The position numbers and the translations under genes are program-made. A DNA stretch of 63,556 nt, filler included. It is 7 parts of 7 records of this genome, joined end to end, with 100 filler letters (N's around TTAATTAATTAA, not from the genome) between each part and the next. Parts side by side here need not be neighbours in the genome. Positions count along the whole stretch, not along the records: positions 35,791 to 43,231 come from DRR723986_16846; positions 43,332 to 54,662 come from DRR723986_16850; 5 more parts are not named here. The stretch is one strand, 5' to 3'. Below, one piece after another: positions 38,837 through 47,908 of this stretch; within the stretch, counting starts at the first letter, position 1, and each line of letters starts with the position of its first letter. The notes under the pieces are model-generated. The model did no database searches and was not told the origin of the DNA. It worked only from the letters and a program-made list of their open reading frames with translations.

Positions 38837-39529
38837 TCATGACGAGGTCAGGCGCCAAACAACGAAGTCTGGGTCGAGGTGATACCATCCGCGCTGGCCA
38901 ACAGTCTTTTTGAGAAGGCGCGTCCAGTAGGACTTGCGACTGAACAAGCTGCTCAGACGCTGGCAGGAACTGCCCACGGCATTGAGGATCTCTGTGTAGT
39001 GTTGATCTGGTGCACCGGCCTGGGTTTGCCGCAACATGAACTCCAGCGCTCGGGCTTGCGGCGTGGTGAAGGCGAACTCGGCGTCCCTATAAACAAAAAG
39101 CCTGTAATCAAAGGCTTCCACTTCCTTAACTGGCACTCCAATCACTTCACGCTGAAGCTGGTCAGCATGATCGCTGCGGACCAGAAGATCGCCATATCTC
39201 AGACGGATTCCGTCTTCATTCCGCAAGGTCACGAGGCACGGATCGGGCAGCAACACATGCGTGATCCGCGCCTCACCGCCCCGAACAAGCTGGAACGCAT
39301 CGCGGAGCGCAAGATCGCCCAGGCCAGAGAACACCTTATTCTCCGCAGGCACCCAGAATGGCTCGTCCTCTTCAGTCCGCTCCTCAAAGGACAGGCATGC
39401 AGGCTGGGCAACAATCCGCACGGAGAGTTTCAGGACGCCCCGACCCACCAAGGACCGGATGTCAGCTGCGCTCAGATGCCAGCGCTCCGCCAACTCCGAC
39501 AATTCATATGCATCCCGCCCTATCCGCAT
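38837..39529 (-). CDS. Hypothetical protein, probable DNA-binding regulator
   Basis: ATG at 39529 with RBS GGGGGA; N-terminal LSELAERW HTH-like start and C-terminal winged-helix-like segment (FTTPQARAL...EIL...RLSSLF...RGWYHL). Confidence 0.7.
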   Translation of the reverse strand: MRIGRDAYELSELAERWHLSAADIRSLVGRGVLKLSVRIVAQPACLSFEERTEEDEPFWVPAENKVFSGLGDLALRDAFQLVRGGEARITHVLLPDPCLVTLRNEDGIRLRYGDLLVRSDHADQLQREVIGVPVKEVEAFDYRLFVYRDAEFAFTTPQARALEFMLRQTQAGAPDQHYTEILNAVGSSCQRLSSLFSRKSYWTRLLKKTVGQRGWYHLDPDFVVWRLTSS

Positions 39530-39546
39530 ACCGATTCCCCCGAAAT

Positions 39547-39561
39547 GTTCACTTTTCGTTT
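39547..39561. promoter_or_regulatory. Candidate alphaproteobacterial LexA (SOS) box
   Basis: GTTC-ACTTTTC-GTTT, one mismatch to GTTC-N7-GTTC, 18 nt upstream of the 39529 start. Confidence 0.5.
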
Positions 39562-39626
39562 TTATGGAATTGACAGCGACCTCGCAATCCTGTTTTTTCC
39601 ACAAAATATCAACAGTGGGAGTGGAT

Positions 39627-40295
39627 ATGTCTGTCCCTATGCATGAACGTCTGCGCGCGCGGATACGACAGCTGGGCATGAGCGTTGCGGAAGTCGCCCG
39701 TGAAGCTGGTGTAAACCGCTCCTTCGTCTACGACATCCTGCGCGGCAAGTCGCAACTCCCCAACCTTGACAAGCTCACGCGCATCTCAGCCGTAGTGAAG
39801 GTCGATCTGGAGTGGCTCCTGACCGGCAAAGGTCGGCTTGATGGCGACGACCCCATTACGGAGGACTACCATAACGACTTTGTTGCCATCCAATACGTCT
39901 CAGCGCGTCCCTCGATGGGCGGGGGGGCCATCGTCGAGGATGAAGAGCGTACCGGGCGCGATTTTCACTTCAGGCGGGCTTGGATCCGCGATCGTTTGAA
40001 AGCAGCGCCATCGATGCTCCGCGTCATGGCAGTTCAGGGCGACAGCATGCTGCCGACGCTCAATGACGGCGACGTCATCCTGATTGACATGAACCAGCGC
40101 AACCCTGTCCCCGCGGGGGTCTTTGTGCTTCACGACGGCATGGGCCTTGTGGCTAAGCGGCTCGAGCATGTGCCGTTGAGCGATCCGCCGCGCGTGCGCA
40201 TCATTTCTGACAACCGTCAATATTCCCCCTATGAAGGGACGGCCGATGAGATCAACATCATCGGGCGGGTCCGATGGTACGGGCGGGAGATGTAA
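39627..40295 (+). CDS. CI-like repressor (XRE HTH + S24 peptidase)
   Basis: HTH SVAEVAREAGVNRSFVYDILRG; VQGDSMLPT (Ser) and VAKRL (Lys) dyad; IISDN, IIGRV. Confidence 0.93.
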   Translation: MSVPMHERLRARIRQLGMSVAEVAREAGVNRSFVYDILRGKSQLPNLDKLTRISAVVKVDLEWLLTGKGRLDGDDPITEDYHNDFVAIQYVSARPSMGGGAIVEDEERTGRDFHFRRAWIRDRLKAAPSMLRVMAVQGDSMLPTLNDGDVILIDMNQRNPVPAGVFVLHDGMGLVAKRLEHVPLSDPPRVRIISDNRQYSPYEGTADEINIIGRVRWYGREM

Positions 40296-40312
40296 GCACC
40301 GGAGGGATAGTC

Positions 40313-40792
40313 ATGTCGAAAGCAATAATGAGCATCACGGCGATCGGAGGGGGTGATGGTCGCAGGCCTTTGTTGATGGGCGCAATCGCGCAAGCTGGGG
40401 TCGGCTTTTTCTACGGGCACCTGGACCGTTGGGTCGCGCTCTATGACAACCGGGACATTGGCAAGCCGGTTCGCCTTCGCGATCCGAAGACGGATACCTT
40501 TGACGATAATGGCGAAATAACGCGTGAAGGACGGGTGGATGTCGTGGCCCGTCTGCAGGACGGACGGCTGGCCTTGTATTATGGCAACCATGTCGGGCGA
40601 AATATCGTCTCCAAGGCGGATGTCGCACAACGCGAGGAATATGCTGTTGACCCAGATATGTTTGCCCATTTTGCCGAAGCATGCCGACTGACGCAGACCA
40701 ACGAGCGGGCATTGGGGCGCCTGGTGGCAGAAATTTCGCAGCAGCGCCGAGCGGTTGACCCCGCAACCATGGTCGTGAACGTCGATCTGTGA
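40313..40792 (+). CDS. Hypothetical protein (159 aa)
   Basis: Strong RBS GGAGGG 17 nt after the cI stop; no family recognised. Confidence 0.7.
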   Translation: MSKAIMSITAIGGGDGRRPLLMGAIAQAGVGFFYGHLDRWVALYDNRDIGKPVRLRDPKTDTFDDNGEITREGRVDVVARLQDGRLALYYGNHVGRNIVSKADVAQREEYAVDPDMFAHFAEACRLTQTNERALGRLVAEISQQRRAVDPATMVVNVDL

Positions 40793-40820
40793 CGGATCGT
40801 CTTCCGGCTATGGAGCAAAA

Positions 40821-43010
40821 GTGATCACAAGGAACAACCCTCCAGATTCATCGCCCACAGAAGTCCTCGAGGGCCTGGTCGAACGTGTAACCTTCCACAG
40901 CGAGCAAAGCGGGTTCTGCGTCCTGCGCGTTAAAGCGCGCGGGCATCGCGACCTGGTCACGACCGTCGGCCACGCGGCAATGATTTCCGCCGGTGAATGG
41001 ATCACGGCCTCGGGCGTTTGGGTGAACGACCGCAATCACGGTTTGCAGTTCAAGTCGCACTTTCTCAAGACCCATGCCCCCTCCACACTCGACGGCATCG
41101 AAAAGTACCTTGGCTCCGGCATGATCCGGGGCATTGGCCCAGTCTATGCCAAGCGGCTCGTGAAAATGTTCGGCAAGGACGTTTTCGACATCATCGAGGC
41201 CGAGCCGGAGCGCCTGCGCGAGGTTGAAGGGATCGGCCCCAAACGCGCCGACAAGATTACGTCCGGCTGGGCAGACCAGAAGGTCATCCGTGAAATCATG
41301 GTGTTCTTGCATCAGCACGGCGTTGGCACGGCGCGCGCGGTGCGGATTTTCAAGACCTACGGCACCGACGCCGTTCAGATCATGAGCGAAAACCCCTATC
41401 GTTTGGCCAAGGATATCCGCGGCATCGGCTTCCGAACGGCTGACTTGATCGCCGAGAAACTTGGGATCGAGAAAACCGCGATGATCCGGGTCCGGGCCGG
41501 AATTTCCTTCGCGCTGACCGAGGCGATGAGCGATGGGCATTGTGGCCTGCCGCGCACGGAACTGATTGGCCTCGCGGGCAAATTGCTCGAAGTCCCACCG
41601 CCCCTGATCGAAGGCGCACTCGCTGAGGAGTTGCTCGAAGAAACTGTGACCGCCGATCCTGTTGGCGATACGGACTGCATATTTCTGACCGGGCTTTACC
41701 ATGCTGAACGTGGCATTGCCGAGCAATTGAACCGGATCCGCGCCGGTGCGCTCCCATGGCAAGAAATTGACGCCGAAAAGGCTCTGCCATGGATCGAACA
41801 AAAGACTGGACTAACGCTGGCAGCCAGCCAAGCTGAAGCGATCCGCCTCGCGCTGCGTTCGAAGGCGATGGTCATCACCGGAGGCCCAGGTGTCGGCAAG
41901 ACGACAATCGTCAATTCGATCCTGCGCATCCTCGCAGCCAAAGCCGTGAAGCTTCTGCTCTGTGCACCGACAGGCCGCGCAGCCAAACGAATGACCGAAG
42001 CGACTGGCATGGAAGCCAAGACCATCCATCGCCTGCTCGAGTTCGATCCCAAAGCCTTCGGCTTCAAACGCAATGACGAAAACCCCCTCGAGTGTGACCT
42101 ACTGGTCGTGGACGAAAGCTCAATGGTCGACGTGTTGCTCATGCAATCGCTGATGAAGGCGGTTCCGAGCCATGCCGCGTTCCTCATCGTGGGCGACATC
42201 GATCAGCTGCCCTCGGTTGGCCCCGGACAGGTTCTGGCTGACATCATCGGCTCCGGAGCCATACCCGTGGTGCGCCTGACAGAGGTGTTCCGCCAGGCGG
42301 CACAAAGCAAGATCATTACCACGGCCCACGCGATCAACGCGGGCCGCATGCCTGATCTGGCTCCGCCCGAGGGAGATGCGGACTTTTATTTCGTGTCTGC
42401 TGCCGATCCCGAGCAGGCCGTTCCGCGAATTGTTGAACTGGTTGCAAAGCGTATCCCCCGCAAATTCGGCTTTGATCCTATCAAAGATGTGCAGGTGCTT
42501 TGCCCGATGAACCGTGGCGGTGTCGGCGCGCGCTCCCTCAACATCGAACTGCAGGCCGCGCTGAACCCCGCAGGGGAGAAAAAGGTCGAGCGCTTCGGCT
42601 GGACCTTTGCGCCCGGCGACAAGGTCATGCAGATCGAGAACGATTACGACAAGGACGTCTACAACGGCGATATCGGCATGATCGACGATATCGACATGGA
42701 CGAAGGCGAGGTCGCCGTCGACTTCGATGGGCGCATCGTCACCTATGTGTTCGGTGAACTCGACACGCTCGTGCCTGCCTACGCCGCGACGATCCACAAA
42801 AGCCAGGGCTCGGAATACCCGGCTGTCGTGATCCCCGTCATGACACAGCACTACGCCATGTTGCAGCGCAACCTGATCTACACCGGCGTCACGCGCGGGA
42901 AGAAGCTTGTGGTGCTGGTTGGTCAGAAGAAGGCCGTCGCAATCGCAGTGAAAAATATTTCAGGTCGACGCCGCTGGTCAAAGCTGGACGAGTGGCTACG
43001 GGGCCAGTGA
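40821..43010 (+). CDS. recD2: RecD2-family ATP-dependent DNA helicase
   Basis: N-terminal OB + HhH (GIGP) domains, ITGGPGVGKTT, CAPTGRAAKR, VVDESSM, VGDIDQLPSV, AYAATIHKSQGSEY, YTGVTR. Confidence 0.93.
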   Translation: MITRNNPPDSSPTEVLEGLVERVTFHSEQSGFCVLRVKARGHRDLVTTVGHAAMISAGEWITASGVWVNDRNHGLQFKSHFLKTHAPSTLDGIEKYLGSGMIRGIGPVYAKRLVKMFGKDVFDIIEAEPERLREVEGIGPKRADKITSGWADQKVIREIMVFLHQHGVGTARAVRIFKTYGTDAVQIMSENPYRLAKDIRGIGFRTADLIAEKLGIEKTAMIRVRAGISFALTEAMSDGHCGLPRTELIGLAGKLLEVPPPLIEGALAEELLEETVTADPVGDTDCIFLTGLYHAERGIAEQLNRIRAGALPWQEIDAEKALPWIEQKTGLTLAASQAEAIRLALRSKAMVITGGPGVGKTTIVNSILRILAAKAVKLLLCAPTGRAAKRMTEATGMEAKTIHRLLEFDPKAFGFKRNDENPLECDLLVVDESSMVDVLLMQSLMKAVPSHAAFLIVGDIDQLPSVGPGQVLADIIGSGAIPVVRLTEVFRQAAQSKIITTAHAINAGRMPDLAPPEGDADFYFVSAADPEQAVPRIVELVAKRIPRKFGFDPIKDVQVLCPMNRGGVGARSLNIELQAALNPAGEKKVERFGWTFAPGDKVMQIENDYDKDVYNGDIGMIDDIDMDEGEVAVDFDGRIVTYVFGELDTLVPAYAATIHKSQGSEYPAVVIPVMTQHYAMLQRNLIYTGVTRGKKLVVLVGQKKAVAIAVKNISGRRRWSKLDEWLRGQ

Positions 43011-43231
43011 GCATGCGCCCCGAACTGATGGTCCACCCAATACGAAGCCGATCTGAAACCTGCGCAGGGTGATTCGTGATCGTTTGAGCCGTAGGGCGCG
43101 CCCAATGCCTACGCATCTGTTCGCAGGAGTTACAGGGGCCTCGAAGAACCACGCAAATTATTGAAACGCTTGTGTTTTCCTGATTTCGCGATACCTTTTG
43201 ACCATCATCCCAATCGCGAAAAGTCGCCATG

Positions 43232-43331
43232 NNNNNNNNNNNNNNNNNNNNNNNNNNNNNNNNNNNNNNNNNNNNTTAATTAATTAANNNNNNNNNNNNN
43301 NNNNNNNNNNNNNNNNNNNNNNNNNNNNNNN
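43232..43331. other. Artificial contig linker
   Basis: N44-TTAATTAATTAA-N44. Confidence 0.99.
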
Positions 43332-43332
43332 C

Positions 43333-43488
43333 ACCCTGCCGCTGACCGGCAAGGGCGTGGTAAACCGTATCATCACCGACCTTTGCGTCTTCGATGTGGT
43401 CGAAGGCGGCCTGAAAGTGATCGAGCTCGCGCCCGGCGTCTCGCTGCAGGACGTCAAGGAAAACACCGAGGCTACGATCGTCGGCTGA
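43333..43488 (+). CDS. 3-oxoacid CoA-transferase subunit B, C-terminal fragment
   Basis: TLPLTGKGVVNRIITDLCVFDV...LKVIELAPGVS. Confidence 0.85.
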   Translation, partial: TLPLTGKGVVNRIITDLCVFDVVEGGLKVIELAPGVSLQDVKENTEATIVG

Positions 43489-43500
43489 AGGCCGGCGCCT

Positions 43501-43788
43501 TCAGACCCCGTCGACCAGGATCACGCGATAGTCTGCCGCCTGAAAGCGGTGGGCCCGCGCGGCTTGGTATTCCGGGCTCTTGTACCAGGCGTTGGCGGCT
43601 TCCATGTCCGGGAAGCGCAGGATCACGACGCCATCAGCGTCGGGCCCTTCCAGCGTTTCGTGATCCCCGTAGAAGGCGAGCGGCGTGATGTTGTGTCCGC
43701 CGCGGGCGGCCTTCGCGGTTTCGGCATATTTCGCCATTTCGCTTTCATCGTGCATGCGTTCGCGGATCAGGATGACATAGGCGCTCAT
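43501..43788 (-). CDS. DUF1330-family protein
   Basis: MSAYVI, LEG, VVILRFPDMEAANAWYKSPEYQ. Confidence 0.9.
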   Translation of the reverse strand: MSAYVILIRERMHDESEMAKYAETAKAARGGHNITPLAFYGDHETLEGPDADGVVILRFPDMEAANAWYKSPEYQAARAHRFQAADYRVILVDGV

Positions 43789-43913
43789 CTGGGGGCTCCC
43801 TGTTTATTGTGTGTTGCCATGCTTCGGCGATGCTGTCTTCCGGCGCAATATGCAAAGGGTTCCAACCGGCTTCAAAAGCCGCTAGGTCAGCGCCATCAGA
43901 AACGGAATATCCC

Positions 43914-45107
43914 ATGTCTCAGTTTTCCTCGCTTACATCCCTGCCGCCGGACGCCCTGCTTGGCCTCATGACGGCCTATCGTGAAGACACACGGGCCGAG
44001 AAATTCGATCTGGGTGTTGGCGTCTACAAGGATGATGCGGGCAACACGCCGGTCATGTCGGCGGTGGCGAAGGCCGAAGCGTTGATGCTTCAGCGCCAGA
44101 CCACCAAGGTCTATGAAGGCCCGCGCGGTAATGTCGATTTCTGCGCCGCGATCGAGGATTTCGTATTCGGAGCCGATGCGCCCGTCCGTAAGGAAGGGCG
44201 CACGCTGTCCTTTACCGCGCCGGGCGGCTGCGGCGCGCTCTCGCTTGGCGTTGGCCTGATGCGCCGCCTCGGCGTGAAGAAGGTCTGGGTGTCTGACCCG
44301 ACCTGGCCGAACCACCCGAAAGTCGTCCAGTCGGCCGGCCTGTCGACAGACAGCTATCGCTATGCCGATCCCGACACGGGCACGGCCGACCGCGCTGCCA
44401 TGCTGGAAGACCTTTCGAAGGCAGAGCGCGGCGACGGAGTCATCGTGCAGGGGCCTTGTCACAATCCGACGGGGATTGACCTGACGCTGGAAGACTGGCG
44501 CGCCCTCGGTGCGTTTGTCAAAGAACGTGGCCTGATCGTCATGCTGGACGTCGCCTATCACGGCTTCGCGCATGGGCTCGACAAGGATATTGCGGGCGTG
44601 CGCGCCTTCCTGGATACGGCCGGCGAAGCGCTGATCTCCTATTCCTGCTCCAAGAATTTCGGGCTCTACCGCGAGCGGGCCGGCTGTTTCCTCGCGGTGG
44701 GCGAAACGGCGGATGGCATCGCTGCGGCGACCACCCATGTAGCGGACATTTCCCGGGCTACCTGGTCCATGCCGCCGGCGCACGGCGCGGGCATTGTGGC
44801 GACGATCCTTGGCGATGTAGCCCTGTGTGCGGAATGGGAAGCGGAGCTGACCTCCATGCGGGAACGGATGATTTCGTTGCGCAAGACCCTGTCGGGGGAA
44901 CTCGTCCAAAGGACAGGCTCAAACCTGCTCTCAAGCCTTACGACGCAGAATGGCATGTTCAGCCAGCTGCCGGTCACGCCGGAAGGCGCGAAAGCCTTGC
45001 GAGAAGAATTCGGCCTCTACATGCCGGGATCGGGCCGCATCAATATCGCTGGGCTGAACCTGAAAAACATCCCGCGCGTCGCCGAGATCATCGCCACCGC
45101 ACTCTAG
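43914..45107 (+). CDS. Aromatic/aspartate aminotransferase (TyrB/AspC family)
   Basis: DLGVGVYKD, PTWPNH, CHNPTG, DVAYHGF, SCSKNFGLYRER (PLP Lys), GRINIAG. Confidence 0.93.
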   Translation: MSQFSSLTSLPPDALLGLMTAYREDTRAEKFDLGVGVYKDDAGNTPVMSAVAKAEALMLQRQTTKVYEGPRGNVDFCAAIEDFVFGADAPVRKEGRTLSFTAPGGCGALSLGVGLMRRLGVKKVWVSDPTWPNHPKVVQSAGLSTDSYRYADPDTGTADRAAMLEDLSKAERGDGVIVQGPCHNPTGIDLTLEDWRALGAFVKERGLIVMLDVAYHGFAHGLDKDIAGVRAFLDTAGEALISYSCSKNFGLYRERAGCFLAVGETADGIAAATTHVADISRATWSMPPAHGAGIVATILGDVALCAEWEAELTSMRERMISLRKTLSGELVQRTGSNLLSSLTTQNGMFSQLPVTPEGAKALREEFGLYMPGSGRINIAGLNLKNIPRVAEIIATAL

Positions 45108-45108
45108 G

Positions 45109-46032
45109 TCAGATCGACAGGCCTTTCGGCGCGAGACGTTCGAGTTCCTCAATGGCTGCGGCAGGGGCAGGGATGGCCTTGCGCGCATCGAGGTCGAGCG
45201 TGATGGCAGTGGCCTGGCTGGTTGCCCATGGCTTGCCGGATACCGGGTCCATCAGCCAGTGAAGCAGGCTATGGGTCTTGCCCTGAACGCCGCCAAGGCC
45301 GGTATACACTTCGAACCGGTCACCCGCTTCCGGCATGTCGTGATAGCGGATCCGGTATTCCAGCACCGCCGCGCCCATGCGCAGGTCACCTGCTGCCTCG
45401 GCCACTTTCTTGCGCCAATCGAACAGGAGATTGGGGACGGAATCCGATACACGCCCAATCACCCAGGCAGGGGACATCCGTCCGTGTACGTCCAGATGCT
45501 GTGGCGGCACGGCGCCCATGCCGATGCAGGCGATGCCGAGCTCGCGCGGTGTTTCGATAGAGATGTCGTCATAGGGCAGGCCAGTGACTGCCGGATCAAT
45601 GGAGCGCGGGGCTGACTCTTCCGGCGGCGTGCCGATATCGTCGGCCATTGCCGCGCGAACGCTCTTGCCCCACGGAAAGGGTTCGCGTCCGGCTGTGTCG
45701 ATATGCATGATCCGCGTCCGGAAAGCAGCGGCCAGCTGGCCGTCGGCGTGGCGCAGTTCCTGATAGACCAGCGCGTCGGCCTCACCGACCTCGATCAGGC
45801 AGCCCTTCATGCTGAGCGGCCGGCCGGGCAGGACTTCGCGGACGAACCGGATATGCTGGTCCACCGGCACGATGGTGGACGGGGAGTTCTGCCGGAAGGC
45901 GTGCGGCATGCCGAGCGCATGGGCAAAGACCGCCAGGCCTTCCATTTGCTTCTCGACATAGACGCGCACATTCATGTGCCCCATCTCGTCGCAATCCCAC
46001 TGATTGCAGCTTCCCCGCCAGAGAGTTTTCAC
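45109..46032 (-). CDS. Double hot-dog acyl-CoA thioesterase
   Basis: WDCDEMGHMNVRVY and a second HLDVHGRM half; GTG start overlapping the zur stop. Confidence 0.85.
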   Translation of the reverse strand: MKTLWRGSCNQWDCDEMGHMNVRVYVEKQMEGLAVFAHALGMPHAFRQNSPSTIVPVDQHIRFVREVLPGRPLSMKGCLIEVGEADALVYQELRHADGQLAAAFRTRIMHIDTAGREPFPWGKSVRAAMADDIGTPPEESAPRSIDPAVTGLPYDDISIETPRELGIACIGMGAVPPQHLDVHGRMSPAWVIGRVSDSVPNLLFDWRKKVAEAAGDLRMGAAVLEYRIRYHDMPEAGDRFEVYTGLGGVQGKTHSLLHWLMDPVSGKPWATSQATAITLDLDARKAIPAPAAAIEELERLAPKGLSI

Positions 46033-46514
46033 GCAGCACAATCCCTGCAGATACCGCGCACTTCCACAACTGCGCGGGACATTTTGAAACCGGCCGCATC
46101 CGTCTCGGCCTTGAGCGCGGCGCTGGTCGCTTCGGCATGGAGCTCCTCGGCGCCGTGGCACTTGTCGCAGATCAGGAAGACAGCCGAATGACGGTGGCTG
46201 GCATGACCGCAGGCGACATAGGCGTTCAGGCTCTCGATCTTGTGGGCGAGGCCGGTGTCCTGAAGGAAATCCAGCGCGCGATAGATCGTCGGTGGCTTGG
46301 CGGAGCCTTCGCCGTCGAGGTTCGCGAGCAGGTCATAGGCCTTGGCGGGCTCGGTGCTTTCCAGCAGCAGGCGCAACACCTTGCGGCGGATTTTCGTCAT
46401 CCGTTGGCCCTGGCGGGCAACCAGGGTTTCGGCTTCGTTCAGGAACGCGTCCACATCCTGCGGACTGCAGGGTGTGTTGGCGTGGACATGCGAATGGCTG
46501 TCTGTGGCGCTCAT
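46029..46514 (-). CDS. zur: Fur-family regulator, Zur type
   Basis: AYDLL, KPPTIYRALDFL, HKIESLNAYVAC, FLICDKC, CRDC; His-rich N-terminus. Confidence 0.8.
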   Translation of the reverse strand: MSATDSHSHVHANTPCSPQDVDAFLNEAETLVARQGQRMTKIRRKVLRLLLESTEPAKAYDLLANLDGEGSAKPPTIYRALDFLQDTGLAHKIESLNAYVACGHASHRHSAVFLICDKCHGAEELHAEATSAALKAETDAAGFKMSRAVVEVRGICRDCAA

Positions 46515-46633
46515 GGGCCCAATGTCGTGTGTTTTGTCCACAATGTGAAGGGGAAAGCACTGCCGTATCGGCGCGCAGAGGGCTGGACGGAGTCCGCAAA
46601 TCACCTGAGATTCTTGTGTAGGACGAAAAATCA

Positions 46634-47035
46634 ATGGGGATGAGCAGGATGCAACTGTCAGAGCGCGAAGGTCTGGAACTGTGGCGCCGTGCGGTGACGG
46701 CCTCTGTTCGTTCCGACGCGCCGGACCTGACAGCCCGCCAGCAGGCCATCCTGATGACCATCGCCCTCATGCCGGGGCCGCACACGGTGCGGGGGCTTGC
46801 CGAGCAGCTGAATATTGCCAAACCGGCCGTTACCCGTGCGCTGGATGCGCTGGAGCGCCTCGATTTCATCAAGCGCGTGCGCGATGAGGCCGACCTGCGA
46901 AACATCTTCCTGGAACGCCGCCCGGCAGGCATGACATATCTTCGCCGGTTTGCGGGCCTTGTTCTCGCCGCATCCTCCGGCAAGGATCAGGAAGCTGCCG
47001 CAAGCTCGAAAGCACGCAAGGCTTCGGCGGCGTAG
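46634..47035 (+). CDS. MarR-family regulator
   Basis: DLTARQ, PHTVRGLAEQLNIAKPAVTRALD, RDEADLRN. Confidence 0.88.
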   Translation: MGMSRMQLSEREGLELWRRAVTASVRSDAPDLTARQQAILMTIALMPGPHTVRGLAEQLNIAKPAVTRALDALERLDFIKRVRDEADLRNIFLERRPAGMTYLRRFAGLVLAASSGKDQEAAASSKARKASAA

Positions 47036-47056
47036 GACAACGCTGCGGGGCTTTCC

Positions 47057-47905
47057 ATGCCTGACTATAATGATACCCGACTGACACAGCCTGACAGGCC
47101 GTGCCGCCCCGTACAGGTGCGCGCGGGAAGCGTGGCAGTCCGGGAAGGTCCGCTGCCGGATTCCCGCCTCGCTACCGAAGCGCTGTTTGGCGAAATCCTG
47201 GATGTTTTCGAAGAGCAGCACGGCTTTGCGCTCGTTCAGTGCCAGCGCGACCGCTATGTCGGCTGGGTGGCGTTGGCGGGGCTGTCAGAACGCCTGCTTG
47301 CCCCAACGCATCGCATCACATGGCCACATACCCACGCCTATGCGAGGCCGGACCTGAAATCTCCGCCGCAGCTGATACTGAGCCTCGGCGCGCGTGTCAG
47401 CGTGATGGCAGAGGAAGGCGACTGGCGGCAGTGCCAGGATGCCGGATGGGTCCACCACCGCCACCTGGCGCCGCTCGACGTGTTTGAGGAGGATCCGGTC
47501 AGCATGGCTGAGCAGTACATCGGCACACCCTATCTCTGGGGCGGGCGGTCCGGGCTTGGCCTCGATTGTACGGGACTGACCCAGCAATCCTTCGAGGCGG
47601 CAGGTGTGTTGCTGCCGCGCGACAGTGACATGCAGTTTGCGTGGTCCGGAGAGGCGATCGCCGACTGGCAAGAACCCGGCGCGCTACAGCGTGGCGATCT
47701 CGTGTTCTGGAAAGGCCATGCCGGCATCATGACCGATCCCGGCCACCTCCTGCACGCCAATGCCTGGCATATGGCGGTTGCGCACGAGCCATTCGAGGAC
47801 GCCGTGACCCGGATCGCAAAGTATTACGCCGAGCCCATAGGGGCCCGGCGCATACAAATATCTTCAGAGAAGGGGATGGTGCCGGCCTGGAAGAGCGGCG
47901 CCTGA
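47057..47905 (+). CDS. NlpC/P60 (C40) peptidase with SH3-like domains
   Basis: GTPYLWGG..GLDCTGL, RDSDMQ, GDLVFWKGH, LLHAN. Confidence 0.92.
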   Translation: MPDYNDTRLTQPDRPCRPVQVRAGSVAVREGPLPDSRLATEALFGEILDVFEEQHGFALVQCQRDRYVGWVALAGLSERLLAPTHRITWPHTHAYARPDLKSPPQLILSLGARVSVMAEEGDWRQCQDAGWVHHRHLAPLDVFEEDPVSMAEQYIGTPYLWGGRSGLGLDCTGLTQQSFEAAGVLLPRDSDMQFAWSGEAIADWQEPGALQRGDLVFWKGHAGIMTDPGHLLHANAWHMAVAHEPFEDAVTRIAKYYAEPIGARRIQISSEKGMVPAWKSGA

Positions 47906-47908
47906 GCC

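Larger units (their letters stand above)
35791..43231. mobile_element. Fragment of a prophage/ICE-like element (early and regulatory module)
   Basis: CI-like repressor divergent from a run of small overlapping genes including an AlpA/Xis-like HTH and a phage AAA ATPase. No integrase, att site or structural gene is visible, so the element class cannot be fixed. Confidence 0.75.

Noticed and set aside
43184-43221. 9-bp inverted repeat TTTCGCGAT-N20-ATCGCGAAA near the contig end
   Set aside because: Short, downstream context missing; no function can be assigned
46029-46514. Zur as the regulator of the phoA metal module
   Set aside because: Different contig and apparently a different organism
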